A stretch of 64,000 nucleotides of DNA from positions 6,572,001-6,636,000 of the forward strand of contig CM059433.1 of NCBI GenBank assembly GCA_030390025.1, read 5' to 3'. Positions 47,801-61,700 of the stretch are shown here, piece after piece. The DNA is from Squalus acanthias. Taxonomy: Eukaryota. Within the stretch, counting starts at the first letter, position 1. Every line of letters starts with the position of its first letter. The position numbers and the translations under genes were made by a program. The notes under the pieces are model-generated. The model worked only from the letters and a program-made list of their open reading frames with translations, did not search any database and was not told the DNA's origin.

Positions 47801-48825
47801 TGCAATTTATCCTCTAATGTTGTAACAATGGAACTTCCCCCCCCAACCTCCAGAAGATTTCCTGTTAAAGTTTCAGATATTTAAATCGTAACCAATATAC
47901 TATGATTCTGAGTTTATTTTTAGCTAGTACTAACCGTTTCCTTAAAATTTGCAAAGTCACTACCGGGTTACTCACCGATTTTTAAATTAAAGTTAACGCC
48001 TCCGATTTTTTTTTTACGATGACTGTGCAAATTTCATTAAAATATTCTAAATTAATGTTTGTTGTACTATTGATTAAATGTTACTAAAAGTTTCAAACCA
48101 AGATATCGCCGCAAAAATTGCAATGGAAAAGTGAACACGTCCTAACATTACATGAGCAATGTACGGTCGGTACAAGATTAACTATAGCATTTATCGATTA
48201 TATTCAGATAGATTTAATCCTGTGGTTTAATGTAGTTATTTGAATTGCGACAACTAATCCGTTCATTCACAACCCAGGACAAAATAATGACTCTCAACAT
48301 ATGGTGTATGAAGATTTTTAGTGCAATAAAAACAACCCAAGGGAACTTTCCGGTCCATCATACATAATATGTTTCTTTCCATATCAATATGCAAGTAAGT
48401 ACAATTGCAATTAAAAACGCGCACAGAAGTTACAGGTAGTTGATTTTTCTTTAACCGGCAGGAAAATCTGATATTTAACAACCAAAGACTAACAATCGTC
48501 CCTACCACAAAATGAATGACCATTCGCGATAGCGTTTGTTGGCACCCTCTGGAGACCGGCGCACCAAAAGTCAACATTGGATTCTGCTCTATTGTCTAGA
48601 AACCATACAGAGTTAGCTGATCTTGGGGTCCTATCCCGTTCTCCGCATCATGATCTTGGGGTGGTCACCGCACCCGTGCAGGGAAAGAAAGAAAACCAGC
48701 CACAGTTCCAATTTCTAAACAGCCTCCAGTGACTCTTGTTGGAAAGGGTTTTTGTACTCCTGGGAGGAGGACTAGACAAAGCTCAGCTCAGATATAATCC
48801 ACAGTCGAATAGCATGATATAATTC

Positions 48826-48953
48826 GATAGCAAAATACTGCGGATGCTGGAAATCTGAAATAACAACAGAAAACGCTGGAAAAACTCAGCAGGCCAGGCA
48901 GCATCCGTGGAGAGAGAAAGAGAGTTAACGTTTCAGGTCGATGACCTTTCCTC
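48826..48953 (-). mobile_element. Hammerhead-associated short retroelement with 15-bp TSD
   Basis: AGCATGATATAATTC at 48811-48825 and 48954-48968; core CUGAGGA...GAAACGUU. Confidence 0.85.
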
Positions 48954-49219
48954 AGCATGATATAATTCATTGGCTAGACACATATGAATAATGGAGAAGA
49001 TGTCATTAGGCTGACAGCACCATTCATCATTTTTCACATTTTGTTTCCTAGACAGGTGTGTTAGCAGGCTATGTGACTGCAGGGGCATCACAGCCAAGCT
49101 CAACTATGTCCTCCGATCACATCCACATAATTGCATTTCTAGCTGAGATTGCTGGCTGGCATGAGGAGTTGTAACCCTGGGGTCTAACTAGAGGGCAATA
49201 AGACCAGTTGTAACATCCC

Positions 49220-49610
49220 TGTCTGTTTCAGTTGGTAGCACACTTGCCTCTGAGGGACTTGAGCACATAAATCTAGGCTGACACTCCAGTGCAGTGCTGA
49301 GGGAGTGCTACACTGTCGGAGGTGCTGTCTTTCGGATGAGACGTTAAACCGAGGCCCCGTCTGCTCTCTCAGGTGGACGTAAAAGATCCCCATGGGCACT
49401 GTTTTATCCCTCAATCAACAGAACAAAAACAGATTATCTGGTCATTATCATATTGCTGTTTGTGGGACCTTGCTGTGCGCAAATTGGCTGCCACATTTCC
49501 CACATTACAACAGTGACTACACTCCAAAAGTACTTAATTGGCTGTAAAGCGCTTTGAGACGTCCGGTGGTCGTGAAAGGCGCTATAGAAATGCACAGTCT
49601 TTCTTTCTTA
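49220..49610 (+). mobile_element. Deu-domain SINE, SacSINE1/AmnSINE1-like (other copies about 57005-57250, 58145-58570, 59705-60178 minus, 60670-61112, 63630-64000, 26580-26750 minus)
   Basis: GATGAGACGTTAAACCGAGGCCCCGTCTGCTCTCTCAGGTGGACGTAAAAGATCCC core; tRNA-like head; L2-like tail ending in TCTTTC repeats. Confidence 0.75.
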
Positions 49611-49869
49611 CCCAGGTTAAGGTCAGATAACTCAGCACAACTTACATTTATATTGTGCTGCTTACATAGAATAATATTTCCGAGCACTTTACAAAGGGAA
49701 GAGGTGGACACTGAAATGACTGTTTGGAGATTAAAAAGTAAAGCATCAATTCAGGCAAGCAGGACTTCCCAGGTGGCTCAGTGAGTAAATGCACTGCCTG
49801 GTGTAGTAATGAGCCGTACAGAAAGGTCCTTATTTTGATCTCTGGTCTGTGCTGATGCTAGCCATCACT

Positions 49870-50770
49870 ATCATATAGGACACTCATTATGGGCTGTGTC
49901 GGAGGGAGCCACCTGACCTCTCCAGGCAGTGGAGCCATTGGTGAAGAATCAATTGTCTGCTCGATGTGAGCTCTAGTTGACCCGTGGATGTGGTTGTAGC
50001 GCCGTTCAAACGCCAAGTGTTGGTTCCTGAGGGGAGTCCTGTGCCAAGTGTCCAGGGGATAGCCCATGTCCAAGCAGCCAGCCAGCTGTACAATTGCAAA
50101 GAGTGGGGGGGATGGAGGATTGACGCATTATAAAGCAGGCACAGACCTGCCTGACGCACTGCTGATGATCACACATCAGTTCTGCATTAATCGAGTGGGA
50201 GCCCTTGTGGTTCATGAGTGCAGCGGGCTCATCTGAAGGATGACATGGGTGCAGTCAATGAGGCCCTGCACTTGGGGTAAGCCTGCAATCTGTGGGAACC
50301 CCAGAGTCCTATCCTGCAGTTTCTAGTTGTCTATGGGGAACATGATGAAAGTGTCTGCTTTAGCAAATATGGCATCAGTCGCTTGCTTAATGCAAGCCTG
50401 AACTGCAGATGTTACTGATATCCTCTGTTGCAGTCTGGAAGGAGCCAGAGACAAAGAAGTTCAGGGCTGCAGTGACCTTGACTGAAAGAGATAATCCAGT
50501 ACTAGCTGTGGCAGTGGGTTGCAGGTCTTGTTGCAGAAGGCATGACAACTCTGACAGCTTCCCTAGAGCAGCACGACCGCCTTATACACTGCTCCTCAGA
50601 TAATTGCAGAATTGAGTCTAAAAACTCTGTTGGGAGGGTAAGGATTCCTATGAGCTCGTCTCCTTCTAGCTGGTGCACCTGCAAGTGCAGCTCTATTTGC
50701 TCCTTCCTCTTGTTTCTGCTGCTCTGCCTCCTCTAGCCAGAGTGCAATTGCCCAGAAGGATCCCCATGTA
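49870..50770 (-). pseudogene. Decayed Harbinger transposase
   Basis: NHKGSHSIN..MCD, DMGYPL and TRAHIEQTI fragments with frameshifts. Confidence 0.8.
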
Positions 50771-52855
50771 TTTTTTAAAAAGGTGTGTTGCCCGAAGCCC
50801 CTTCATTTCAGAAAGTTTTTACAGCTACGACAGTCACTTTAAAATCATATAACTGAAATCCACTATAATCTACCCCCAAAATGTCTCCCGAATCGTCGCA
50901 GCATTTTCCATGGGAACAGGTGAGTATCGCTTTAAGTAGCGCTGTAATGGCCACCTCCCGACCTGTACCGCCCGTGGTTTGTGGTGGGTTCAGGAAGTAG
51001 TGCTGACAGCACTGATTGACGTAAAGGTGACGTCAACATCAGTTGACCCTATTAATATATACTTCATCTTTAAACATAGCCTTACATTCTGAAGCAATTG
51101 ATGCATGGTGGTTCGACCATCTTCTTGGAAGACAGCCATGTGGGCAGGAAATGGCTGAAATTCAAGGATCAATGCTAACTATAAATAAGCATCAGGGCAC
51201 CGCAGGAATATCTGCAAAAAAAAAACCTCTCTGCAGATACCTTTCCTCAATCATGACTTGCAACAGCAAATCTACAAAAGGATGGTAAGCTTCTTAAAAG
51301 AGAGAACACTAAAATATTGGCCCTGAATTTCCGATCGGAGGCTGCCTGCGGGTGGATGCCTCCGATCGGAAAAAATCTACGAACTTACCTGCTGGTTCCG
51401 TAGATTCCCGAGGCTTGCGATCCTGGCCCTCTCCTCTTTGAAATGTGCAGAGGCCCAGGTATCCCAGGGGCGCAGGCGGTTCGCAAGCGGCCCTGGGATC
51501 ACGTGGGCCAGGCAAACCAATGGAAGAAGGGAATCCACCTTCATACTTTTGACAGGTCCGTACGCACAGAACTCTCAAAAGTATGAACGGGGGTGACTGC
51601 AAAAATGCACCAACACACTGAAATAAATAAAGAAAAACCATTACATATATAAAATTAATTAAAATGCTATTTAATTAAATATTTTAAACAAAAATAAAAA
51701 ATTTTGAAAAATAAATTTAAATGTTTTAAAGGGGCTAAAAAATAACCTTACCTTATCGCACAGGTTTTTTAATGTTTAAATCATTGAAAATTTTTTATTT
51801 TTATGTTATTTTAAACTCTTAAGCTGGTAAAAGCAGGCCTTATGCATGCTTTTACCAGGCGTAAGAATTCTATGGCCTTTCAGCGGGCAGAAGTTGTGCA
51901 AAAAAGCGCAACTCTCCACCCCCAGAGGCCCTTCTCCTGGGGATGCAGAGGATCTGTCAAGAAGGGGGCGATTTTCTGACGTCGTTGGAGGCGGGAAAGG
52001 CGGGAAATTTAGATTCAAAGAGGTTGGGTTCGGAACCCGCCTCCACGGGATTTTGCCGGTGCCGGTTTTGGAGGTCGGGAAATGCTCCCGCCTCCAGCTG
52101 GCCATTGCGCTATTTAACATCCTTAAATGCTCGTTAAGGGCCTTTCTAAGCCTATTTTGAGAGGCCCTTGTGATTTTTCCAGCTTTTCGGTGTGATCCAC
52201 GCACCTCCTGAACCAGGCCAGGTAAACCTGGCGGGTTGACTCGTGGGTGGCCTCCTCACTGCTGCAGGTCTAACAAGACATCGTTTATTGCAGCAAGGAT
52301 TACTTGCAGATGCCAGACCTTGGCTTTAAAAGGTCTCTGAGCACTTTTAGAAGGCCTTCCGAAGTCGGAGGTGCTGCAGCTTGACTCCATCAACTGTGGG
52401 ACCTCCTTGGAAGACCCTCTCCCCGCTTGCAATGAGCGCTTCCCCGAAGGAGGCATCTACAAGCAGCATGGGAACCATTCGTTTTCTTTCTGCATGGACC
52501 TCAGATGAGGAGGAGGATCTGGAGGAGGAGGAGGAGGAGGATGAGGTCAGAGCCCGGGATGCAAGGGATCAACTTATCATGGCCAGATTTGCATAGGTTG
52601 CCCAAGTTGGCACATGTCCTTTGCTCCATCCTAGGACATTATTGACAATGCATTCTCTGGCCTCCTTTCACTCAGGCCACCAACCTGACAACGCAAGTGT
52701 GGCGGTGCCCAAATGTGGAGCTGCCTAAGGCGAAAGAACAGATGGCATAACACCAACATTTTGGCTTCAAATCATTTTAATGCTTTCCAACAGGGATGGC
52801 ATTTCATCAATACACATAAACAGTCTCCCAATCTGCACACAGATCTGGAGGTTAT

Positions 52856-53865
52856 GGGGGAAAAATTCAGTTGGTTTGCGCCTCCCGTTAGCGCCTTAAG
52901 AGGGCGCTAATGGGGCGCAAAGCAACTAGCGCCCGGGCGTGGCGATGTTTGCGCCGCTCGCGAAATTAACTAGACATTTTGCGGCGGCGCTAAGCACTAC
53001 CGCCATGATCTCCTGCGCCGGCAGATCGTGACGTCAGTCGAGTGCGCAACGCCCCGGTAGCGCCCCGGAGCGGATATTGAGTGGCGCCCCCTGCCTTACC
53101 GCCTGCCGCTAGCAATGACAGGTTGAGGGGAACGTTTAGCAGTCAGGAAGGGACTGGGGGAGCGCTATTTAAAGGCGACCGCTTCCTGCCTTTTTTTGTT
53201 GGTGACATTTTTGCCCCACGCATTCTGAGAGAGAGAGAGAGAGAGAGAGACTTCTGGAGAGATTCAACGCCGTGTGAAGGAGTTTTGGGTACTGAGCAGC
53301 ACTTTGCAGGTTCATTTTGATTTGCCCTTCCTTGTATTGATTTAGAAGAGACTGTGGGGGCTGCACTCTGAGCTCTTTCCCTGGGTCTCTCCATTGTTCT
53401 TTCCAGCAGATTTGATGTACAGGTCTCTCCAGGCCGAGATTCAAGACTGCAATGAGCAGGATGTGGATGGAAAGCAAGATCAACGCTCCCCTTTAAGATA
53501 AAAACAGAAAATGCTGGAGAAACTCAGCAGGTCAGGCAGCATCTGTGAAGAGAGAAACAGAGTTAACGTTTCAGGTCGATGACCTTTCGTCAGAACTCCC
53601 CTTTAAGAACTGGCCGGCGCCATTGTGTCTGTGTTCCATTGCTGACTGACATCACATGAGCTTCGCCAGCGCTCTGAGGTAGCACCTCGCTCCTTGGCCT
53701 TTGCGCCTTAAGACAGGTGTGAAGCGCCTGATTTAGCTCTCCAATCACCTCCACGGGCGATAAAAGCCAAGTTTGCCGTCGGAGGCGATAATTAGCGCCA
53801 GGCGCTAAACTTTGCGCACGGCCGATAATGGCGCCCCAAACGGGGCAATACTGAATTTTTCCCCC
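52856..53865. mobile_element. Harbinger MITE, same family as 22021-22901
   Basis: Perfect 16-bp TIR GGGGGAAAAATTCAGT; TSD TAT. Confidence 0.92.
53499..53595 (-). mobile_element. Hammerhead-associated short retroelement with 13-bp TSD
   Basis: CTCCCCTTTAAGA at 53486-53498 and 53596-53608; the empty site is visible in the sister MITE near 22635. Confidence 0.88.
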
Positions 53866-54719
53866 TATATCCCTTGCCAGCTGTACCCACACAGCCTTGG
53901 TTTCTTTGGCAGGCCTCTTCCTCCGAGATGAGTGGAAGAGCACCTCCATGCTAGCGGTCACCCCCTCCAACAACATTTGCAGTGCCTCGGGTAGGCCCTT
54001 GCCTTGGAATTGGACATAGTGGTTTCTCAAATGATGTTGGAGGTGGTGCAGGAGACGCAGAAATGCTGTGGAATGAGCCAAGGGAGCATGAAGCCATAAA
54101 ATCAGACTGGAAAAGTACTTGTCAACAGAGGCGAGTTTCAGTCCCAAAACACTAATTGAGCAAGGGTATCCCACACATCTGAAATCAAGTGGCCAATCAT
54201 GGGAAAATCGCAAATTTTTGAAACCTATCAGTGGAGGCGGGTTTCAAACCCACCCAAACTGAAACCCGCCTCCATCTCGCCTCCAGTGGGAAAATCGCCC
54301 CAGAAGATTCTTGACAGATCGCAAGTGCCGGGTTTTAGCGCATGCGCTTTGCATGCCCAAACCCGGAACTTGCGCAGCCCCTACGGGTGCGTACACACCT
54401 CGTACGCATCCATAGGGGTCGCAAAATTCGGCCCAATTAATTTCAAGTACTGTAGTAATTGTGTTCAGGTAAATAGCAATTTATAAAAGCTAGAAGAATT
54501 TCTGACTTTTTTCTACCTGTTTCTCCCAGTTTTTGCCTTTACCCATCCCTCCCCTCTTCCTTTCAGCAAGGTGTTGAGTCCTGTTGGTATGTGGTTCCAC
54601 AGGTACTGGGCATGAGTATGTTACTCCAGTGGTCGTGACTGAGCCTGGATAGTAAAGCTCCAATTTGCTGCACCTCCGCTCACTGTGTGGAGCCTCCCAC
54701 GTGGCGGATGTGGATTGGA

Positions 54720-55390
54720 AAATATGGCTCCCTGTAAAAATGGGAGCGCATGGAATTGGAGGTAGCCTTTTGACTTGGGTTTGAAATTGGTTGGGAGGTA
54801 GGAGACAGAGAGAGTGGGATAAAGGGCAGGTACTCTGATTGGTGGGATGAGACAAGTGATGTTCCCTAGGGATCGGTTCTGGGTCCTCAACTTTTCACCA
54901 TATTTAATAACGACTTGGATGAAGGAATAGAGTTGTATATCCAAGTTTGCAGATGAAACTAAGTTAGGAGGGATAGTAAGTAGTGCAGATGGGAGCAGGA
55001 AGTTGCAAAGGGAAAAAGACAGATTAGGTGAGTGGACAAAACTACGGCAAATTGAGTTCAATGTGGGCAAGTGTGAGGTCATCCACTTTGGACCCAAGAA
55101 AGATAAATTGGAGTATTTTCTAAATGGTAAGAAACTAGGAACTGTAGAGGACCGAAGAGATTTGGGAGTCCAAGTACACAAATCATGAAAAGTCAGTAGG
55201 CAGGCACAAAATGCAATCAAAAAGGCTAATGGAATGCTGGCCTTGTTAGGTGTTCGTTATGGGTATCAAGGGATATGGAGCAACGGTGGGAAAATGGAGT
55301 TGAGGTGCAGATCAGCAATGATCTAATTGAATGGCGAAGCAGGCTAGAGGGGCTGAATGGCCTACTCCTGTTCCTAATGTTCTTATGTTC
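54720..55390 (+). mobile_element. CR1 fragment
   Basis: SKFADETK and FNVGKCEVIHFG peptides; TTCTTATG-type tail. Confidence 0.8.
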
Positions 55391-56500
55391 CTACTCTGCA
55401 TGCCTGAACTGCCAACAGGCAATTTTGGTAGAAATCAAGAGGCTTTATTGCACAACCCACATTATTCTAGTTAAAATATGCACATCAGGTCCCTACCAGT
55501 CCTCATGAGTTTGGACAAGGCTCCAATCCCCATCCCCCACCCCTACCCTCTGCGCACTGCTTGTCCACTTAACAGGGAAACCAGCCTGACCTACTTCAGA
55601 GTATTTATTACTGCGGTTTGATTGAATATTGAAGTTTAGTTTCCTGGAGTCTTGGCAATTTTTACCGCAGTACAAGTTGGGAAACCATTTCGTATTCCCA
55701 TAGTGCTGCGTGAATTGGATGAGGAGGATCAATTCACGAAAACGTGATAGGGCCGAAAATGCACAGCTGTTCTGGCGGACCCCCAACATAATTGTGGTGG
55801 GAGTCTGCCAGAAAAGCCACTCATTCTGCCGGGACCTGGATACGCCAGATCTCAGCCATGGGCATAGTTTCTGGGATGGCTTTGTGGAGGGGGAGGGGTT
55901 GACCCTTCAACTGCACCTAAAAGGCCATCAACATAAGGGGAAAGAGGTCGGGGACTCCAGACTCCCTCAGTCGGGAGTTCCTGTACTGCAGCCTTCAGTT
56001 GGGACCTGGCATCGGGTTGGTGCAGTTACACTTGGTCTCATCAGGTATACCTCACCGACAGGGAAAGATGTGAGGACCTTTAAAGAGGAAGGAAACAAAT
56101 TATTTTTTAAATATTACAAGTGGCCACTGATAGAATTATAGAATGGTTACAGAAGGAGGCCATTCGGCCCGTCGAGCCCGTGCCAGCTCTCTGCAAGAGC
56201 ACTTCAGCCAATCCCACTCCCCCGCCCTTTCCCCATAGCCCTGCAATTTTTTTTCTTCAGGTACTTATCCAACTCCCTTTTGAAAGCCAAGATTGAATCT
56301 GCCTCCACCACCCTCTCAGCCAGTGCATTTCAGATCCTAACCACTCGCTGCGTAAAAAGTTTTTCCTCATGTCACCTTTGGTTCTTCTGCCAATGACCTT
56401 GAATCTGTGTCCTCTGGTTCTTGACCCTTCCGCCAACAGGAACAGTTTCTCTCGATCTACTCTGTCCAGACCCCTCATGATTTTGAACCCCTCTTCCTAT

Positions 56501-56600
56501 TTTCCCCCATACATTCCTCATTTCCCCCTCAGATTCCCCATTTCCCCTTCACATTCCCCATTTTCCCCTCACATTCCCTATTTTTCCCTCACATTCCCTG
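56501..56600. repeat. 20-bp minisatellite, 5 copies (approx. TTTTCCCCTCACATTCCCCA)
   Basis: Five consecutive degenerate units. Confidence 0.8.
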
Positions 56601-57249
56601 TCCTGTTGCCCTCATCTGATACAGGGGCTGATATGGATAGTTTTTTCCCCCATTCTGGATCGGAAACCCAGCAACCCCCCACAGGCCTGACAAACTTTGG
56701 TCGACATTTCCAGCCTCTTCAGTGGGAGAAGGGGTGAGTGCCGCAGATGCAACCTCAAACTACCAACAGCTCACTCCACATGGCTCCTTTTCCCCACACC
56801 TGGAAACCCATAAACTTTGGCGGGGTCAGTAACAGAGGCTGTTTGCAGGCACATCCCAACACTTACGCCATGATGCAACCCCCCGCCCCCCCCCGGCCAT
56901 GGATTTTCTAGGCCAACACCTTCAGGTACAAAGTCACCTCTGCACCTGTTATCACCCAAGGACCTATGTTTACAGACTACATCACTGCTATCTGGGTATG
57001 TCAGAGGGCACCTGTCTTCAGAGGCACTGCTTTACAAGGTGTAAAAGATCCTATGGCACTATTTGAAGAAGAGCAGGGGAGTTCTCCCTATGTCTTGGCC
57101 AACATTTATCCCACAACTAACACCATCAAAAAACGATTAACTGGTCATTCTTCTCACTGTTTTTTGTGGGACTTTCCTGCTCACAAACCAGCTACCGTAT
57201 TTGCTTACAAAACAGCAGTGACCACACTTCAAAATTATTGAATCGGCTG

Positions 57250-58700
57250 CAAAGCCATCTGCTGCACATTGATCTATAGACAACATTAATAAATGGGGCA
57301 GACCTTCCTGTAGCCGTCAAGGTCACTACAGCATTAAGCTTCTATGCCAGAGGACCCTTTCAAGCCACAGCTGGGGACATCTGTCAGATAAGCCAGTCCA
57401 CAGTTCATTCTTGTATAAAGCAAGTAACTAACACCATTACAATAGCAAAATACTGCAGATGCTGGAAATCCGAAATAACAACAGAAAACGCTGGAAAAAC
57501 TCAGCAGGCCAGGCAGCATCCGTGGAGAGAGAAACAGAGTTAACGTTTCAGGTCGAAGACCTTTCGTCAGAACTGGAAAAAAACAGGAAGTGGAATAGAT
57601 CTAACACCATGTTTGCCGAAAGAAACACTTTTCCCACTTTCCCAGTGGGAAAGAGACATCAACTGAAAAAGGCTCAGAAGTTTTATCATCTGGCAGATTT
57701 CCCAAGGATGTTACAAATGGAACCCAAGTGATTTAAGGGTCCCACACATCAACCCCAATGCATACATAAAGAAGAAGGGATACCAGTCCATAAATATGGT
57801 AATTTCAGACAACAGGAATGTCATCCTACACAATAATGCCTGTTATCCAAGGAACAGCTTTGATGCTTTCATTCTGCGACAGTCAATGATGGGTCTAAGA
57901 GAATGAATAGATGGACCTTGGGAGACCAGGGTTACTCTTTGTAGCCATGGCGGCTGATGTCCCCAATTAGAAACCCCCGAATGGCTGCTGAGCATAAATA
58001 AAACGCGGTTTATGCTTCCATCAAGTTATTGTGGAACGCACCATCGGGATGCTCATTGCATTGCTTGAATCACTCTGGCAAGTTGCTGCTCCACAGTCCA
58101 GGTGATGTCTCCGAGATCATCTGCTGCATGTTGCATCGTTTTACCCTTGGTTCATCGGTAGCACTCATGCCTCGGAGTCAGAAGGTCATGGGTTCAAGAT
58201 GCACTTCAGGATTTGAACACATAATCTAGGATGACACTTCAGCACAGTACTGAGGTAGTTCTGCATTGCTGGAGGTGCCATCTTTCAGATGAGACATTGA
58301 ATCAAGGCCCTATCTACCTCTTCAGATAGATGTAAAAGATCCTACGCCACTATTTGAAGAAGAGCAGGGGAGGTCTCCCTATGTCATGGCCAAAATTTAT
58401 CCCTCAACTAATGCCAGCAAAAACAGATTAACTGGTCATTCTTCTCACTGCTGTTTGTGGGACTTTGCAGCTCATAAAGCAGCTACCGTATTTGCTTACA
58501 AAACAGCAGTGACCACGCTTCAAAATTATTGAATAGGCTGCAAAGCACTTTGGAATGTTCTGAGGACATGAGCATGCAGCAAACTGAGGTGGAGGCCCAA
58601 TGGGATGTAGCCCCACAGGGAGAGAAGGAGGCGGATGATGAAGGGAGATGATCTGCAGGCAAAGAGATTGGTGTGGAACTCTGTTGTAAGCAACTACATG
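57250..58700 (+). pseudogene. Decayed Harbinger transposase interrupted by a hammerhead repeat and a DeuSINE
   Basis: VAVKVTTALSFYA.GPFQ, KKGYQSIN, YPRNSFDAFILRQS, LGDQGY and VERTIG fragments. Confidence 0.75.
57438..57600 (-). mobile_element. Hammerhead-associated short retroelement with 10-bp TSD; ribozyme motif at 57537-57574
   Basis: CTAACACCAT at 57428-57437 and 57601-57610; AGUU-CUGACGA-AAGGUCUUCGACCU-GAAAC-GUU-AACU. Confidence 0.85.
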
Positions 58701-61700
58701 CAGTAATGGACACCTCCTACCACGAACCAACTTGGGGTTTCCAAATGAACGACCATACACTGTAGCCCCATAACATGTTGCACATTCCCTGGGCTCAAAT
58801 TGCCCCCCCGGCTCCTTACTACTGATTCTTTTTCCATGGCCCTAACCAACAAAGGATAAATAAAATATCACTATCGATTGCGTGCTATTTACAGTTCATA
58901 AGTCCTACGTCAACACTTCCCCTTGGTGCCCCTAAAAGGTGTGATCATCCTACTCCTCAACCTAACGCTGTGTTGACCTGCTCTCTGAGTGAGAGGAGCC
59001 GCTGTGGTAGCAGGCTTCTGTTTGATCCAATGGCCCTGCTGAGAATGCCATGGGTTTGAACCTCTGCTTACGGGTTCATGCAACATCCCTGTAACAGCTG
59101 GATGAGTCAGTGGCCGATAGTGTCGGTCCACTCTCTGGCATTTCCTCAGTTCCCTAAGGAGCCGAGCTGGATGTATGGAGATGAGCAGATTCTGCTTCAC
59201 CAGACCCTTCCCCTCCCTGGAGTTCCATGGATAAATAGAGAGATTGAAAGTAAACTGAAACTTAAAAAGGGAGGCATGTGGTAAAATGATGGCTAACAAT
59301 GTTAATGAAAATCATTGAGGTGGGAAGGGGAAGAACCAACGAATACAATACTTGCATCTTAAACAAATATGGGAGGCAGAGCAAAATATAGGGGCCCGAA
59401 AATCAGTGATCCCACTCCACAACTGTAACGATGATGGAGCAGGAGTTTCCATGTGCTGGCCAGTTGTACCCCTGACGCCGTAGGAATTTCCAGCGTTAGG
59501 CAATTTGAATTTGGCAAAGTATTGGCACAGCTCGGGCACCAGCTAGGCAGAGGTTTGGAAATTTCAGCATTTGCCAGCCACTGGATCCCAGTGCCAGCAG
59601 GTCCGGCCAAAGAACATTTGACCCGTTTCTACGAAGGCCACTTTCCTCAGGGCAGCCCATTCCTTCATGCAAGCACCCAATGTGCTGGGGGCACCAGCGG
59701 CAGAACTAGAAGGAAAGAAAGACTTGCATTTCTACAGCGCCTTTCACGACCACCGGACGTCCCAAAGCGCTTTACAGCCAATGAAGTACTTTTTTGAAGT
59801 GTAGTCACTGTTGTAATGTAGGAAACGCGGCAGTCAATTTGCACACAGCAAGCTCCCACAAACAGCAATGTGATGATGGCCAGATAATCTGTTTTTGTTA
59901 TGTTGACTGAGGATAAATATTGACCAGGACACCGGGGATAACTCCCCTGCTCTTCTTCAAAATAGTGCCCGTGGGATCTTTTACGTCCACCTGAGAGAGC
60001 AGACGGGGCCTCGGTTTAACGTCTCATCCAAAATGATGGCATCTCCAACAGCGCAGCGCTCCCTCAGCACTGCACTGGGAGTGTCAGCCTAGATTTATGT
60101 GCTCAAGTCTCTGGGGTGGGATTTTGAACCCACAACCTTCTGACTCAGAGGGGAGAGTGCTGCCCACTGAGCCACAACTCGCTGTAATTCTGCCAGATTA
60201 CATCATTCTGCCATTCACTCCTCCTTCTGAGATGTCAGTTGCCAAGGGGACGGACGAAGGAACTGCCCACCCTTTCTTTCTCACCCTCCGGAAACAGACA
60301 AAATGGGGCGGTGAGCTCAAAATGGAATGGTTTTCTGACCATGTTAGCCCCTGCCTAACCTGATAAAGCCTCCATTAAACCCCATTAAATTCGGGGACAG
60401 ATATTTGATAATGAAAATTACCAGGATTAAGTAAGTGGGGGAGGCGTAAAGCATGTTTTCTAAAATGATAAGTAAATAATATTACAAATATTATACCTGT
60501 AGGATTTGTATTTTTCAGCATCAGCATATTATATAATATTGTTACCTTGGTTTAGTCATGTGGTATATTGCTTCAGTAAATTTGCTATGTTACTGATGGG
60601 CAAACTGCTGTCATTTTTGGGTTGCAGTAGGGTTCTGGACTACAAACCAACAGACAATGTACTGGTGTGTCAGCGGTGGCTCGGTGGGCAGCACACTCGA
60701 CTCTGAGTCAGAAGGTTGCGGGGTTCACAGTCCCCACTCCAGTGACTTCAGCACAAAATCTAGGCTAAATCTTCAATGCGGTACTGAGGGAGTGCCGCAC
60801 TGTCGGAGGTGCAGTTTTTGGATGAGGTGTTAAACCGAGGCCCCGTCTGCCCTCTCAGCTGCATGCAAAAGATACCCTGGCACTATTTCGAAGAAGAGCA
60901 GGGGAGTTCTCCCTGGTGTCCTGGGGCCAATATTTATCACTCAAGCAACATCACTAAAAAAAACAGATTATCTGGTCATTATCACATTGCTGTTTGTGAG
61001 AGCTTGCTGTGCGCAAATTGTCTTTGCGCAAAAAGTACTTAATTGGCTGTAAAGTGCTTTGGAATGTCCTGAGGTCGTGAAAGATGCTATTTAAATGCAA
61101 GTCTTTCTTTATTTTCTTTATGTACAAGACTAAACAATTCTCTTAAAAAAAAAAATGCACTGAAGCCTGGGCCCAGATTTGGAAATTGTACCTGGGCCTT
61201 GGATGCTGGGGACTTTCAGCTCCTGTGACATATTTTGTGTATGTGGGAGAGGCACATCGCGCCAGTTGTAATTTACAATCTGCTCTTGTAGAGTCACAAC
61301 ACCCAGAGTGCACCACGGCAACCCACATCACATCAATAGCCACATTCCAGGGCTTGACTATCGGTGAGCAATGCCACAGGAGGTCTACTAGTTGGGTAAC
61401 ATGAAAAATGTAACGGTAAGATTTGCAAGGTTATTAATGAGTGGAAGTTCCAGAGGAGAGACGAGCACTTTGTGCTTAATTTCTGAGATCTTTTAACTCA
61501 CTACTTGGTGTTAAAAATTGTAAGAGTGTAGTTTTGGTTGACACACCTGTCCCACTTTAGGGGAAAACAGGAGACTGTGTAGCACCATGGTTTTGGGCTT
61601 AATGAGGAGTTTAGCACTTGGTAATGTAAATAATCACTGGCTGGGAGGAAAAAAAGCCAGTTTATTATGCTTTTAAAAATTTGTCACCACCAGGTGGTGC

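Larger units (their letters stand above)
51964..54302. mobile_element. Internally deleted Harbinger (transposase 3' tail on +, Myb/SANT remnant on -)
   Basis: TIR GGGGCGATTTTC; TSD GAA; EEEE...ARDARDQLIMARFA*; KRPAKETKAVWVQLARDI. Confidence 0.8.
51318..54435. mobile_element. Outer MITE hosting three nested insertions
   Basis: Imperfect TIRs TGGCCCTGAATTTCCGA / TGGGCCGAATTTTGCGA; the hairpin GATCTGTCAAGAA|GATTCTTGACAGATC is restored when 51964-54305 is removed. Confidence 0.7.

Noticed and set aside
53590-54213. 207-aa minus-strand ORF
   Set aside because: Chimeric read-through from a decayed Myb remnant into a MITE.
56501-56600. CRISPR-like periodic repeat
   Set aside because: Tandem units without unique spacers, no cas genes, eukaryotic context.
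60670-60745. tRNA gene
   Set aside because: The A/B-box-like head is continuous with a Deu-domain SINE body; I could not build a full cloverleaf.
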